From NCBI GenBank assembly GCA_964019425.1, contig OZ025797.1:868001-932000 (forward strand): a stretch of 64,000 nt of DNA, read 5' to 3'. Below are positions 9,001 to 19,476 of the stretch, piece after piece. The stretch comes from Flectonema sp. DT1601 (Eukaryota). The position numbers and the translations under genes are program-made. Position 1 is the first letter of the stretch. Each line of letters begins with the position of its first letter. The notes beneath the pieces were generated by a model. That model was not told the DNA's origin and did not search any database. It was given only the letters and a program-made list of their open reading frames with translations.

Positions 9001-11555
9001 AGGTTGCATTCTGCGTAGCGATAATACCAAGAATTGCAGTTGAATTTGTAGCCGTTAACTTTAAACATTGCTCGGCATCCGTCATTAACATAAAATTTAC
9101 CACTCGGTGAGAATCCATAAGAATCTTGATACACACATGACGACTGACTGTACCTTTTTAATAACAAAACTTCACAACCTTCAGGTGCCGGCATTGCGCA
9201 CTGCGCACACTGAGGTTTCAAAGGGGAAATAGAACAACTTTTGTACCTACCGTACCAGGAATAGCAGTATAATTCTCTATTTCCTATCCGAAACTTAGCT
9301 TTACATCCTTCATCAACGTAGAGCTTCCCGTCAGGACTAAATCCATATGACTTACCTTCAATACAGTCTGCAGTACTGTACTTTTGTTTAATAGTTATAA
9401 CACACTCAGTATCAACACCAACACAAACAGGTCTAGCAGGATCGAGAGTACACTCGGCATGTTTATACCCATGAGAAGAACAACTAAATATTATTCCTCC
9501 TCCAACTTGAAAGTTAGCTCTGCATCCGTGATCAACATAGAAATGACCTGCTCTGGTAAATCCGTAACTGGTTCCTAGTACGCATGATGATTGGGAGTAC
9601 TTTCTGACAACTTTTATTAAGCAAACATCAACTGAGGGTGCTGCCTCAACAGGTGCTGGTGCGACTACTACGGGAAGAGTTTCGAGACAAATATAATCAA
9701 CTTCTATTGTACAAGTTGAACTACATCCATCTTGTGAGTCGGTGTTTCCATCATCACATTGTTCTGTTCCAGCTCTGATTGAATCACCGCAAGTAGTTGG
9801 AGTCCAGTAAAGGATAACTCTACCAGGGCCTCCATTAATATCCATCATATCACCGCCTGCTGCTACACGAGATGAGTAGTACGTATCGTGAGTTGAAGGA
9901 GGTGAGCTTCCAATTCCGGCTTCGATGACTCCTGAGAGGGAATAACTGCTACCCCCTCCTCCACCACCTCCACCTTTACCCAAACCACCTCCTCCTCCTC
10001 CGCGATAACCTGCCCCTCCACCTCCTCCACCACCGCCGTATGTAAGCTGTGCGGCAGTTGATGAAGTAGCACTCAACACTTTACATGTCCAACCAGTGAT
10101 TGAACATGAGTATCTACATTGACCCCTTGATGATGTTGTTTCAAAACATTGAGTTCCACCTGCACAACAATCACCTGCCCTACAATTGTAGTAAGGCTGC
10201 ACACAGGCTAACTCTTTAAACATCCGAGCACTTTGTGAAACTGATGAAGGGATCATACCACCAGCACCACCATTAGAGTAACCAGTACCTCCATTAACTC
10301 TACCAGTAGTAAATTCTCCATCACCACCATTGCCTGATGTGGTACCAGCCTGGGCGCTACCACCAGGTGAGCCCACTACTTTTTGAGATGCACCCGACCC
10401 GGAGGTTGAAGAATCTGCTAGCTGACCTCCGTTGCTACCGATGGTTCCACCAGCGGCGCCACCAGAGTAGCAGCGCCCATCTCTACAACCTCCAGAACCA
10501 CCTCCTCCGCCTCCAACAACGTGGACTTCCTGTCCCTGTAAGACAGCAGATGATCCTCCACCTGATCCAGAAGAACCTGAAGCTTCACTTCCCTTACCTG
10601 ATTGACCAACGTGAATAGTTAATACTTGTCCAGGAGATACTTGAATAGTTCCCATTCCATAACCACCAGCTCCACCTCTTGCTCTATACGAAACCCACTC
10701 TAAATTACTTCCAGCTGCTTTACAAGTGTTCTCTGTTTCAGATTGTTGAAATGAGCCAGCCTGTCCAGGACTTCCATCTTCCCAACATTGTCCGTTTTCA
10801 GAGCTGCCAGAACCTCCGCCTGCTCCCCAGACCTTTGCGATGATGCTGTTCACTCCAATTGGAACTGTAAAGGTTGTTGTTCCTGAAGTTGCGAACATCT
10901 TTTTATTCGAACTTCTAACCGTTCTGTCAACGTTAAGGTCCGAGTCAACGGAATCGAAGGCCATATGAATGCTGTCAATACAGCCGCCCACTCCTTTAGG
11001 GTCAACGTGAATCCTATGTGCTGCTGTCGACAGTGGAGTATTAAAACCAATAATTCCTAAATTAGTAGAAGAAGTTGCTTTGATAACATTATCATCAGAT
11101 GAGTAAGCAGTTAACTTCCAACCAGAAACCTTTTCATCCCACAGGTCAAGGAGAACTTTTTTCACGGGTTTTGTAAATATGATGTCAAATTCATAGGAAA
11201 GGTCGCAGTCAGCTGCGTTGTTCAGACCCCATCCGTCACCTCGTTGGTTAATAGCAGCTGAACCAAAGCCATCAACCATACGAAGATTTGATAGAACTCT
11301 CATTGTGGTTGTTGAAGATACTTTAAAGTAATCAAAATCTGTTGTTCGCTCTCCTTCATTCCGAAATGTCACCGTCTTGTCATATCCGCTCACATCAATT
11401 CGACTTCCTTCTGCTCCACCAATCAATTCACATGATAACAGTACTGCCGTAATGATAGTCAGATGTTTCAAAGTAGTCGGGGGGGACCTACAACAAACAC
11501 ATCTAACTATCCAATGTACAGCAACCTCACGTAACCGCCAGAAGGCGGACGTCAT
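1..11555 (-). CDS. Giant secreted/surface mosaic protein (>3,851 aa, 3'-partial): Gly-rich domain, Myxococcus-type Cys-rich repeat, 4x DUF3011-like, Ig-like, vWA + CLCA-like beta-sandwiches, WSC, ShK-like, many EGF/laminin-EGF repeats
   Basis: ATG at 11555-11553 (MTSAFWRL...LKHLTIITAVLLSCELIGGAEG, hydrophobic leader). Hand translation gives the same frame at 11.5k, 10.8k, 7.6k, 5.1k, 3.3k and 0.1k. The ORF track lists no ORF in this frame, as expected if there is no stop before the window edge. Motifs: FTVPIGVNSIIAKVWGAGGG (~10850); CGDSIRAGTEQCDDGNTDSQDGCSSTC (~9790-9710); LVLDRSGSM...GGTN...VMTDG MIDAS (~7600-7290); VGCY...CKAKC..QGYSYFG...CYC (WSC, ~3590-3360); repeated C.C.C...W.G..C..C....G..C..C......YP.C..C (1-3300). 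Confidence 0.93.
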   Translation of the reverse strand, partial: MTSAFWRLREVAVHWIVRCVCCRSPPTTLKHLTIITAVLLSCELIGGAEGSRIDVSGYDKTVTFRNEGERTTDFDYFKVSSTTTMRVLSNLRMVDGFGSAAINQRGDGWGLNNAADCDLSYEFDIIFTKPVKKVLLDLWDEKVSGWKLTAYSSDDNVIKATSSTNLGIIGFNTPLSTAAHRIHVDPKGVGGCIDSIHMAFDSVDSDLNVDRTVRSSNKKMFATSGTTTFTVPIGVNSIIAKVWGAGGGSGSSENGQCWEDGSPGQAGSFQQSETENTCKAAGSNLEWVSYRARGGAGGYGMGTIQVSPGQVLTIHVGQSGKGSEASGSSGSGGGSSAVLQGQEVHVVGGGGGGSGGCRDGRCYSGGAAGGTIGSNGGQLADSSTSGSGASQKVVGSPGGSAQAGTTSGNGGDGEFTTGRVNGGTGYSNGGAGGMIPSSVSQSARMFKELACVQPYYNCRAGDCCAGGTQCFETTSSRGQCRYSCSITGWTCKVLSATSSTAAQLTYGGGGGGGGAGYRGGGGGGLGKGGGGGGGGSSYSLSGVIEAGIGSSPPSTHDTYYSSRVAAGGDMMDINGGPGRVILYWTPTTCGDSIRAGTEQCDDGNTDSQDGCSSTCTIEVDYICLETLPVVVAPAPVEAAPSVDVCLIKVVRKYSQSSCVLGTSYGFTRAGHFYVDHGCRANFQVGGGIIFSCSSHGYKHAECTLDPARPVCVGVDTECVITIKQKYSTADCIEGKSYGFSPDGKLYVDEGCKAKFRIGNRELYCYSWYGRYKSCSISPLKPQCAQCAMPAPEGCEVLLLKRYSQSSCVYQDSYGFSPSGKFYVNDGCRAMFKVNGYKFNCNSWYYRYAECNLQTLMPQCSKCATYADPSVNSCDISVVSKYSNSPCTLGESFGIQPDGHFYVDKGCRAKFNIQRWVNGAKELKQVTCSSHNYVYQICNLSPPLAECTQCSSAALKNCRQNKAKPDVCYPELGCCGSHKSSVSNCVNGNGRNCLSSCTVPDTESGLCSTWETTPRGKQANTKVSWCDVNCYSKTSLLHPSCRINSGIHQHCSCGGYKQITPDAPIPVLDMKPKSICTRCPLPPRVSICAETASETYEAGQQVSVTIRVRNMNAFQVSVTSLQLQISQGIGIPQALQIPSEFSNSFTLPPRQISSFTTLFTVPSSGEAGLYFIGTTVEWSSPVVTSAKEQSTRFPIFYASGLTLEITSPTVRHPVQVGSYQMPFPTFTVKLKTILGADMSLLGLRPSDLHISVGLRKCTFTMQYDESRMVYVLTVATPPQNAGGTYSLTISIVKGCSFMSDASSSVSSIVYASQTENRAEIGLVLDRSGSMSWNDKTNLRTEYARRVIDQASNGDSIAVVQFSSSAQLVFGLTEISDRTRSQVRSSINIPASGGTNIISGVKKMLGLLKESTNNRPQVIIVMTDGEEYWQPRHTHQQMLKVWEEYIQTNILPRHIKIHTVCLGSGCGKGPASEKLTFIAGLTGGVFRYAATATELGDIYNDLLSESKGESEMKRVDSTVGSNGVEIPFNVDEWSLPMTVRLLTGTSHSSATKLSLLIPTSDGTTVIGETSSSLISYSTSGPFKQFILDRGAVAGTYSLKVVRGSNQYSPVETLMRITGISTIVLNIQLQQAYSLGNPVLVQASVTDVTNGRLLTGVSIDVEIQSPSGSTKTLSLYDSNSVGEFEGYYLGGTSLGNYQLSITASGSHDCTTSTFKRSAKRTFSITDNPSGSPITAILTSKAARVVSGAQQFVGAPGCVVVIKAEFTRSVAFVGVVSVSEFQDSSSGNRIGSSGVSVSPQGVQSLSSPYTATTTISIPIPSYSSAGQYEGSVIVRSSGKMYSFSLKLVIITTSVSPPNGIDHSSIVTEEGKLFQIPTSVTGPWAGSSPAIVMHVFSNSFVQYRTSSSDLSLSGSNIHTNAHFIAVDNNVITGIRTHTSIKQRLALPGLVCNGFVRDISVGIDDDDFACPGDCNSDQNHGLCDTRDSTNPLVGICTCKSNYYADDCSGVCNCEPNGVCNSGSSGDGVCTCKSDAVNGYWSGAGCMQCQSNYFGSSCKTKCPNCNRGSCKEGTLGDGSCTCPEGVGGTYCDKPCPGYGTVLGPCNGNGHCSDENIGSGICICNTGYFGKACENVCPHNDATNLFCSGHGICNDGMLGNCAGTSDTITPSDCTSLTSRRRCLLSTKKCTWNQRLPVVSTPQPEISTPPPSPSPPLLGLGVSAVYIQKTGLIKTGPSVTMWNNANSQKWNLKPGERVVESEGGVTGGKLTLVAPECTVQGETQNSGCVLRHTTVRRSFRIRMRSPQILMRYRSHSSSYRCGSGRRGHHHGWSSRSHSIQPPSSCAWSTHCRQRNQLECADGTFCYIPHTPRNRWRYRSHSSGQHGDWSCCRNRGGRKRCPSNYPHMCANKSPIGSNQYLDHICSTTTAVCVNSYGGIRECRPPTPCVGETLSVSTIVIRLKVPSSACGNVLLESDSIASSKLKIGEWKGDAWSHIYVDDGDDEKGSISSSTSGNEICTNTCWWPNDGECDDGGPGSRNSMCSLGSDCTDCGRRTANPCTNTCLGSGNGKCEDGGPGSITSRCSLGTDCLDCGTRRGGLSCSTFTDGEYHIVFAELASPQAVDNLFIDSTGIHISHIALLSSKLTASKRTELHEYGVDLSPSSGHTRVGCYSGRLSHLMSGGLSTLSSCKAKCESQGYSYFGMNSLRRCYCDSELPTGRVSSKRCGRSCRGVLCGCGSSYISVHKVDSSTPQPSSQWPLGSCKCEDGFRGADCSTADCSSGCGSYGQCVSGSCQCKTGYTGSTCSVCAQNYINYPTCILCNVIDHCSNHGTSVVAAANQLSCTCTCSNKWKGPTCSTCDLPYEGTDCNKCSIGYKQYPTCNKCTNEVHCNSHAASVTSDSSRTSCVCSCKFGFHGSDCSRCDANHVGYPICRSCSVATDCSNHAGATWPNCYRTGCSCSCTAPWRGSTCDKCPAKYSGADCNECGFDQHGVQRWSFPACHYCSSETRCNSRAVSVTSDGVTCTCNCRNQYTSEYCQNCPWKFQGSADCDGCSSGRVGYKYCDKGNPEYDSSKCCQRCDAGSDCSGHGSLSSPSVCYDDPLDKLSRLFGMSCKDVVQLGCTSSASLISVTLSSNLISDYCPKSCGKCPIPATGPEFCQCDCRNGWTGKSCDFCHSKYAGWDCNTCAGGRIDFPKCRQCSVEFDCGNHATRVTSNGNNCICECDHQWSTSKTGSNSICVDDVNSVLPVSCSDVLLTIDCSSDLHDFFNGIPQLSYVKNICPVSCRNCRSCLICEKRFDMTQDCSACAPNYGGQPSYPACELCTISEHCNGNANTVTGVDNECVCDCKNSWYGTRCGMCLPKHASDSDCGECSPGYRSYPDCIPCSNSLNCNDRALRVRGYHTENPDCQWVYHTNEININRCEDNSFCNTAIHGDDCCTSKGGILRCPKNKPILCIDNTCKAFAGNCPTGAKICNNPGSTNKVTECECVGCINGWLGADCEICPPRFEGANCNRCSGNAINYPVCRTCSNVIDCNNRADRVSANPQQDECDCSCKIGFIGANCDSCSPSYVGWPNCRRCNIQSDCSNHATATEPDELQLSCSCTCKDQWKGLSCNECDTSLYEISTSCKKCTVGRIGYPSCTQCNTDQHCLGRAISCTSNSDNSNCICQCRNQWTGSNCDSCPVQYAGSDCNKCAPNLIQYPHCQRCLDDFCNGRGTAYSDNTQRYCKCDCDNQFIGTQCDNCPHPYSGSSCNKCKDGYINYPTCTRCTKSEHCNNNAASVSTNVDQTQCLCSCSGFWNGDNCETCPSQYKPCSCSSCYSSAGYAGVAPTCELCTSESHCNSNTKISKFLERSVSGWKCVPEV
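7050..7610 (-). other. von Willebrand factor A domain with intact MIDAS motif (within giant ORF)
   Basis: EIGLVLDRSGSMS ... IAVVQFSSSA ... SGGTNIISG ... VIIVMTDGE ... IHTVCLG ... IAGLTGGVF. Confidence 0.9.
8740..9625 (-). repeat. Four tandem ~70-75 aa DUF3011-like (ADEL-lectin-like) repeats within giant ORF
   Basis: KYSQSSCVLGTSYGF...FYVDHGCRANF; KYSTADCIEGKSYGF...LYVDEGCKAKF; KYSQSSCVYQDSYGF...FYVNDGCRAMF; KYSNSPCTLGESFGI...FYVDKGCRAKF. The repeats are seen directly; the family name is recalled from the S..C..G.S(W/Y)G...(W/Y)V..GCRA.F consensus. Confidence 0.75.
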
Positions 11556-12478
11556 TAAAACGGATGGCGCTGGCGTCAGTTTTTTGATTGGTGTGTGTAA
11601 TGGAGCTGTTATTAATTAAAGAATTGATAATAATAACAAAAGAAAATCACTGTAAAACACCTTTATCACAACCTACTGCTACCTTGCTGAGTAGAAAAGT
11701 CATCATAAGCATGTGAATACAACATTCTTGAGGGCTGCAACAAGATACGAAAGGCTGTTATAAAATATCAAATCCAGCTACCAGACCATCAGCTCATAAA
11801 GTTGTTGGTTGTTATGGATTTCCATCATTAACAAACAGTACAGCGTCGACTTTTTTTTGTGTCTGAAAAACGCCGCTTTGAAAACGAACCAATAAACGCA
11901 CCAATAAAAGAAAAGAAGAAGAAAAAAAAAACCAATTTAGATAAAGCCTTTCATACTTTGTTGATCGACAGACAGTATTACTGACGGCACAGGGAGAATA
12001 GATAACATTTTTGACCATAATAAATAAACGGGCTCTTAATCTGAATAGTTTTTTTCTCCGACTTTGTCGGTGCAAAAAAAAAAAAAAAAAAAAAAATTAG
12101 CAGAAAATCTAGATAAGTTTTTTTAAAAACAAAAAGAGAAATAAAATAAGACTCCAAAAGTCACTAAGTACTACTGTAATCAAAAAAATAAAATATAAAA
12201 ACTTGTGTTGTTGTTGTGGTTGTTGTTGTTATTATTTTTTTTTTTTTCGATTTCAAAAAGAAAATCCTGCTGCACTGGGTTAGGTGTGTTAGTTTAGAGG
12301 AAGAAATATAAAATAATCCAGTAATAGAAGCTTCTTCTTTTGTAGGACGGAGAAGAAGAAAAAAAAAGTAAGAAAAAACGAATAATTGCAATAGTTTCTC
12401 TCAAACACAGATTAAGATCAATAGCCAGCGTGTGATCCAACTAGTCGATAGGATCAACAGCAACGGAAAGAATTTGCC

Positions 12479-12479
<1 letters not shown>

Positions 12480-12530
<51 letters not shown>
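12480..12530. repeat. (AAT)n microsatellite, ~17 units
   Basis: Perfect aat run visible in sequence. Confidence 0.95.
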
Positions 12531-13003
12531 TTTTTTAAAATTTTTGTATAGTAGTGCTCAAGTATAACAAAAAAACCGACTGCTTGAGAGTCAAGCTTGC
12601 ACACGAAAAACTGATACACGAAGCGGAACTAAGCAAACAAATTGAAAAATCAAAAATCAAAATTCGAAAGCAAAGACGGAACAACTTTATTCTTACTTTA
12701 CTTAGCAAAAGGGGAATAGTTTCAGTTAACAAATCTCTGTCTCTCCGAAAAAAAAGAATTGACTAATATCCACTGACGTCCCTCTTTTCTTTCTTTTTAT
12801 TCCTTTTTATACGGAAGAACTCTATAAAACAGGCGTAGGGTTTTTATTCAATAATTAGATAAGTAATTACCAACACTCTGCAAGAAGAACCAGAACTATA
12901 ACCAGAAGTTTGAATATCGTCTGAGGTAAGTAAGGGACGAAAAAAAAAAAAAAAACACAGGGAAGGGAAACAAAACAGACTTATCGTACGAAAAAAAAAA
13001 ATA

Positions 13004-14265
13004 TTACGAGAGTAGATAACAATTGTGGTGATTTGAGTCTTCCAAATGCCATTGGCAAAGAGGGATATCGTCATCGCAGTCATCAAACTCTGCCATAGAA
13101 GGACATGAGGACCCCATTGGTGATGGTGTTGGAGATGGTGTGTCTCGAAGAAGAGATCGTCTGTTTGGTTTAAGTTATTGTTGTTTTACGATTCAAAGAA
13201 AATTTCATATCTAACGAACAAAAACATACCCGTGGTACTCTACTGGAGAAACAGCTCTCTCATTATCAAAGCCCCAGAACTCAATATTTTTTATAACAAA
13301 AAAAGCTTCTGAACCATCAGCCGTAGGAATGAGAGGGGGCGAGTTGAATGTTGGACATTTACCAGTTCTTGCAATGCGTAAGTCGCTGTCAATATATATT
13401 GCATGTGATCCAATAAGACCACCACCAACACCAATAGCATGATTATGTGTTGTGGATATGAATGAATTACTTTCACTGTTACCATCCCATCTAAAGCAGT
13501 TTAGGTTTCCTTTGTCGAATCTCCAAACAAAAGTTTCACCAGATCCAACGAATGTTTCTGGTCTCCACACAGGAGCTTCAGAGAGATAAGCGCCAATAAT
13601 CATATCGTCAGTTGATTGGATGACCATGAGGATGTTTGATTTTCCTTTTATTTCACTTTGTAACTTTTTCATTGACGATCCATGTTCATCAGCACTAAAT
13701 ATTAAACACCACGACTGCCATCTAACACTCGCTGGTAAGGACTCAACAAGTTCATGGATCTGACAGGTATTTAACACGCATTTTGGTCTTACCCATTCTC
13801 TACCCCTCCGCTTTACTTTTATCATCTTCGTTTTATCTACCAAACAACCGCATCCCGTAGGGACCCATCCTCCAGCACCCATTCCTTTGGGAAATGCTCG
13901 TGTTCCACAGTTGTTAACAGTGACATGTGCAGGTGGTTTTTGTCGCATGTTCAGTGGAGGGAGGTGTGATGTCTGATTTTATATTTTGATTTTTGGAGGA
14001 TAAAGATCATTCAAAAGGCTCGATGACAAAACCTGAAATGATAAAAAAAACATACGGATTTTTTAATTCTTAATATCGCTCCCGGATGAGGTCCTAGAAA
14101 CGGACTTCTTTTATGACAATTACTTCCACTTAACGATCTGCTTAAAATATTAGATGTTGATTCCCTTCTTAGAGATGATGACTCGCTAGTCTTTTCGTCA
14201 TCATCATCCGAGTCAAGACCTCCTTCAAGAAATGTGTAGAAAAAGTCAGCTACCGATGACAGCAT
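13004..14265 (-). CDS. TLDc-domain protein (OXR1/NCOA7/TLDC family), 369 aa, 3 exons
   Basis: Exons 14265-14056, 13972-13230, 13160-13004; introns 13973-14055 and 13161-13229 (GTATGT...CAG) keep frame (1,110 nt). TLDc motifs: W.LIFSADEHGSSM, IIGAYLS, FVGSGETFVW, IGVGGG, AIYIDSDL...TGKCPTFNSPPL, IKNIEFWGF. Confidence 0.9.
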
Positions 14266-14625
14266 TGTTCATGAAGTGACCCTGATTAAGTAAAGTAAGT
14301 AATGCCTATATAAAAAGGAATATAATAACATGTTGTCGGCTGAAATGAAAAATTAAAATAACAAATTGTTGAGGTACGATACGATACTGCTCTCAAACTA
14401 AAACAAAAATAACTTTTTTTTATCGCAGTTAACCGAAGCGAAGAGTCCCCTTCACTGAGGAGGAGAAAAACAAAAAATACCAAAACAGAAAAAAATATAC
14501 TACTTGAGAACCACTCTAAGTTACAACCTGCACTCGTAAGAGTGAACAGAACAGTACTTTCGATAAGGTTCTTATCGTGAATTATGTTGTTTTGTTTGTG
14601 ATCAGTTTGTATTAACTGATGTGTA

Positions 14626-16275
14626 CTACAGTACGCTATTAGTAGGAGGCATTACTTGATGTGATACAGTTGGTATTGGATGTTTTAATACAGTTTTAGA
14701 ATTAGGTTTCTTAATGCTTTCAGGTGGAGGCATAAAGAGTAAACAAGCAGACCGTGAGTTCCCTTGTTTTTCTATTCGATTCTGACGAAGGGAGATTATA
14801 TTCTTTCGCATGCCAGTCGGGGCTCTGTTGAATAATAAACGAGCATGGTTTTGATGACGTGTCTGTTGCCTCTGAAGAACAGAAAAATGATCAAGAGTGT
14901 ACGACTCGATCATATGAAATAATTGTTGTTGACTTTCTAACTGAATCTCTTTCAGTAGTCTTTTGGTTCTTTCTGAAGGTGCTTCTGACGGGTTTCTGCG
15001 TGAGAGACCTGCTCTGATTAGAGCTTCCTTTTTAGTTTGAAAAAGCCGTTTAATCTCTTCTTTAATAGTAACTTCCTCTTCAGTACCTTCCTCTGGTGTG
15101 ACTGCTTGCAGCTGACCAAGTCTTTCAGTTATGTAGCTAACAAGGAATTGACGTTCAAGTAAGTTATGCATCGCACCTTGTTTGTCTCGAGCGTTCATTA
15201 GCAACGCATGTTGTTGTGGAGCAGATTTATTAGTTTTGGTTACTTTTAATTTACTCGGATTGTCGAGAGATACTTTTGATTTCTTGGAATTAAAAATATT
15301 CTTTTTTGGTATTCCTCTCTGTTGTTGTTCAAAGCTAGCAGTTGTGGATGCGTCTTCGTCATCATCTGGGGGTTGGAATTCTTCCCTTGCTGCGTTATAG
15401 TGATGAGTTAGATATTTTTTAAAGAGAACTCGTTGTGTCTCAGCGTCATCGACTGACTGGACGTCAGCTTCTCTCCCGGCTTCCTTCGCACGTGATTTTA
15501 TATTATCACAAAAAGATTTAAATTCATTAAATATTTTTGAATCACATCCGCTATTTGAGTTATTTGGATCTCTGCTGTGAGAAGAAACATCACCAGCAGT
15601 GACCCGTTGTTGTTGTTTTGTTGCAAGGAATCGAAGATACGACTCGTTTGTTGTTTCAGAATGTTTTTCCAGAGGACGAAGAGCAGCTTTTCTATCAGCA
15701 CTTCGTTGAGCAGACCGCATGTGTCGTTCAAATATCTTTCTTAAAACACTATTGCTGTTGCTGCTACTGTTACTCACAGAGCTGTTGTTGGTGCTGTTGT
15801 TTGAGGTGTTGGAGGTGTTATGTGCTGTTCGTGGATAAGATGTCTTTGGCCTCAATGATTTCTTATTAAAACTAGCTGCAATCTTTTCCGTTTCAATCTT
15901 TACTCCGAAATGCTTGAGTGTAAATTTCTCAACAAAAGCATTCTGCTCAGAGGGTTTATTTCTGTTGTCAAATTCGTTTTTAATATTTTGCAACAACTGC
16001 TGTCTCTGTAAAGTTGTGTCTGCAGAATGAGGCCTCCGTTTGTAGCCGGGAATCAGTGCAGGTTGCTTTATAGATCCAACAGTGTATTTCTTTTCTTCAA
16101 GTCTAATCTTCTCACATAAAATTTCTTCAATAGCTGCTCTCTGATAAGGTTTCTTACGTTGCGGTAATTGCAAAGATGAATCTAATTGCTTGCTGTCCAG
16201 ATGAATATTATCATTGTCGACAGCAAGCGGGGGAGCAATAGTATCACTGCTGGGCGGAACAGGGATTGCAGTCAT
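14626..16275 (-). CDS. Hypothetical protein, ~549 aa, low-complexity/coiled-coil
   Basis: Long open frame on the same strand as its neighbours. First ATG is at 16275 (the track start at 16299 is GTG). No recognisable domain. Confidence 0.8.
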   Translation of the reverse strand: MTAIPVPPSSDTIAPPLAVDNDNIHLDSKQLDSSLQLPQRKKPYQRAAIEEILCEKIRLEEKKYTVGSIKQPALIPGYKRRPHSADTTLQRQQLLQNIKNEFDNRNKPSEQNAFVEKFTLKHFGVKIETEKIAASFNKKSLRPKTSYPRTAHNTSNTSNNSTNNSSVSNSSSNSNSVLRKIFERHMRSAQRSADRKAALRPLEKHSETTNESYLRFLATKQQQRVTAGDVSSHSRDPNNSNSGCDSKIFNEFKSFCDNIKSRAKEAGREADVQSVDDAETQRVLFKKYLTHHYNAAREEFQPPDDDEDASTTASFEQQQRGIPKKNIFNSKKSKVSLDNPSKLKVTKTNKSAPQQHALLMNARDKQGAMHNLLERQFLVSYITERLGQLQAVTPEEGTEEEVTIKEEIKRLFQTKKEALIRAGLSRRNPSEAPSERTKRLLKEIQLESQQQLFHMIESYTLDHFSVLQRQQTRHQNHARLLFNRAPTGMRKNIISLRQNRIEKQGNSRSACLLFMPPPESIKKPNSKTVLKHPIPTVSHQVMPPTNSVL

Positions 16276-16552
16276 TCTTTTGAACCAATCCCCCCCCACC
16301 TGGTTGGTGAATTACTTTTCGCAAAGACCCCCCCTCAGTATTTCTTCACCTGTTTTTGAAGCAAAATAGTAGTAACGCGATATATTTTTAAAAAAGTTTT
16401 ATGTATTTTTTTTTTGCAAAAAGAAATTAACAAATGCTACGTATTGAATAAAATAGAAAATAAAAAAAAATTATAAAGGGGAAGGGAATTACACGTTTAT
16501 CGATTTTGGGAAGAATACCACCAACTTCTTTCATTCCCCTCCCCCTTTGTTC

Positions 16553-16586
<34 letters not shown>

Positions 16587-17305
16587 CACTGCTACAACAG
16601 CAGAAGACAGTATACCTTTAGAAGCAAATTGCCTCTCTTCAAATAAACATTTCTTGATAACAATAACGATTTACGATCATTTAGCGACATCTCGTTCTGA
16701 TATTGCAGTGACGCAGTTATCGTCGAGTAAGATATAATTCATTGCACTCTTTGCCACACAAACATAATAATGAATAACGTTAGTCGTCAAATTATGTACT
16801 GAGAGTAGCGGGTTTCCCTCTCAAGTATTTTCTTCCAATAAATCTAATTTTAGGGGTAAAAAGGGGGAATGGAAAAAAAAAAAAAAAAAACGCGCGCTTG
16901 GTTTATAAGTAAAAACTAATTTATAAAAAAAAAGTTAGAAATTATTTTCAAACCCTCTCTTCATTCTATATATCGATGTGAAAAACTAAACTCAATAAAG
17001 TGTTGGTTTTTAGTGAACTGAAGTAACAATTGTAACAGATTCTAGCCTCAGCTTGAAAGCATCCGAATCAAAAAAAAAAAAAAAGAGAAAAGGGAAGAAG
17101 GGAAAGGATAAGTCTAATTAATTGCAAGCTACGGCATTGCTCCGATTACTAATGAACTGTTAGAAATAATACTAATTAAGACCAAGTGTAGTGCTTTACT
17201 TGTGTTTTCTTTTTTGTCAAGATAAGAAAGTTGGCAAGGGAATGCTTTCTTACATATACTCATTGATAACATTCAATTGAAGATGACTAACGAATTGTTA
17301 ATTAT

Positions 17306-19476
<2,171 letters not shown>

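Noticed and set aside
41..11619. Many short track ORFs on both strands, e.g. the protein-looking 4367-4687 (+)
   Set aside because: Shadows of the giant minus-strand frame, with no recognisable motifs of their own.
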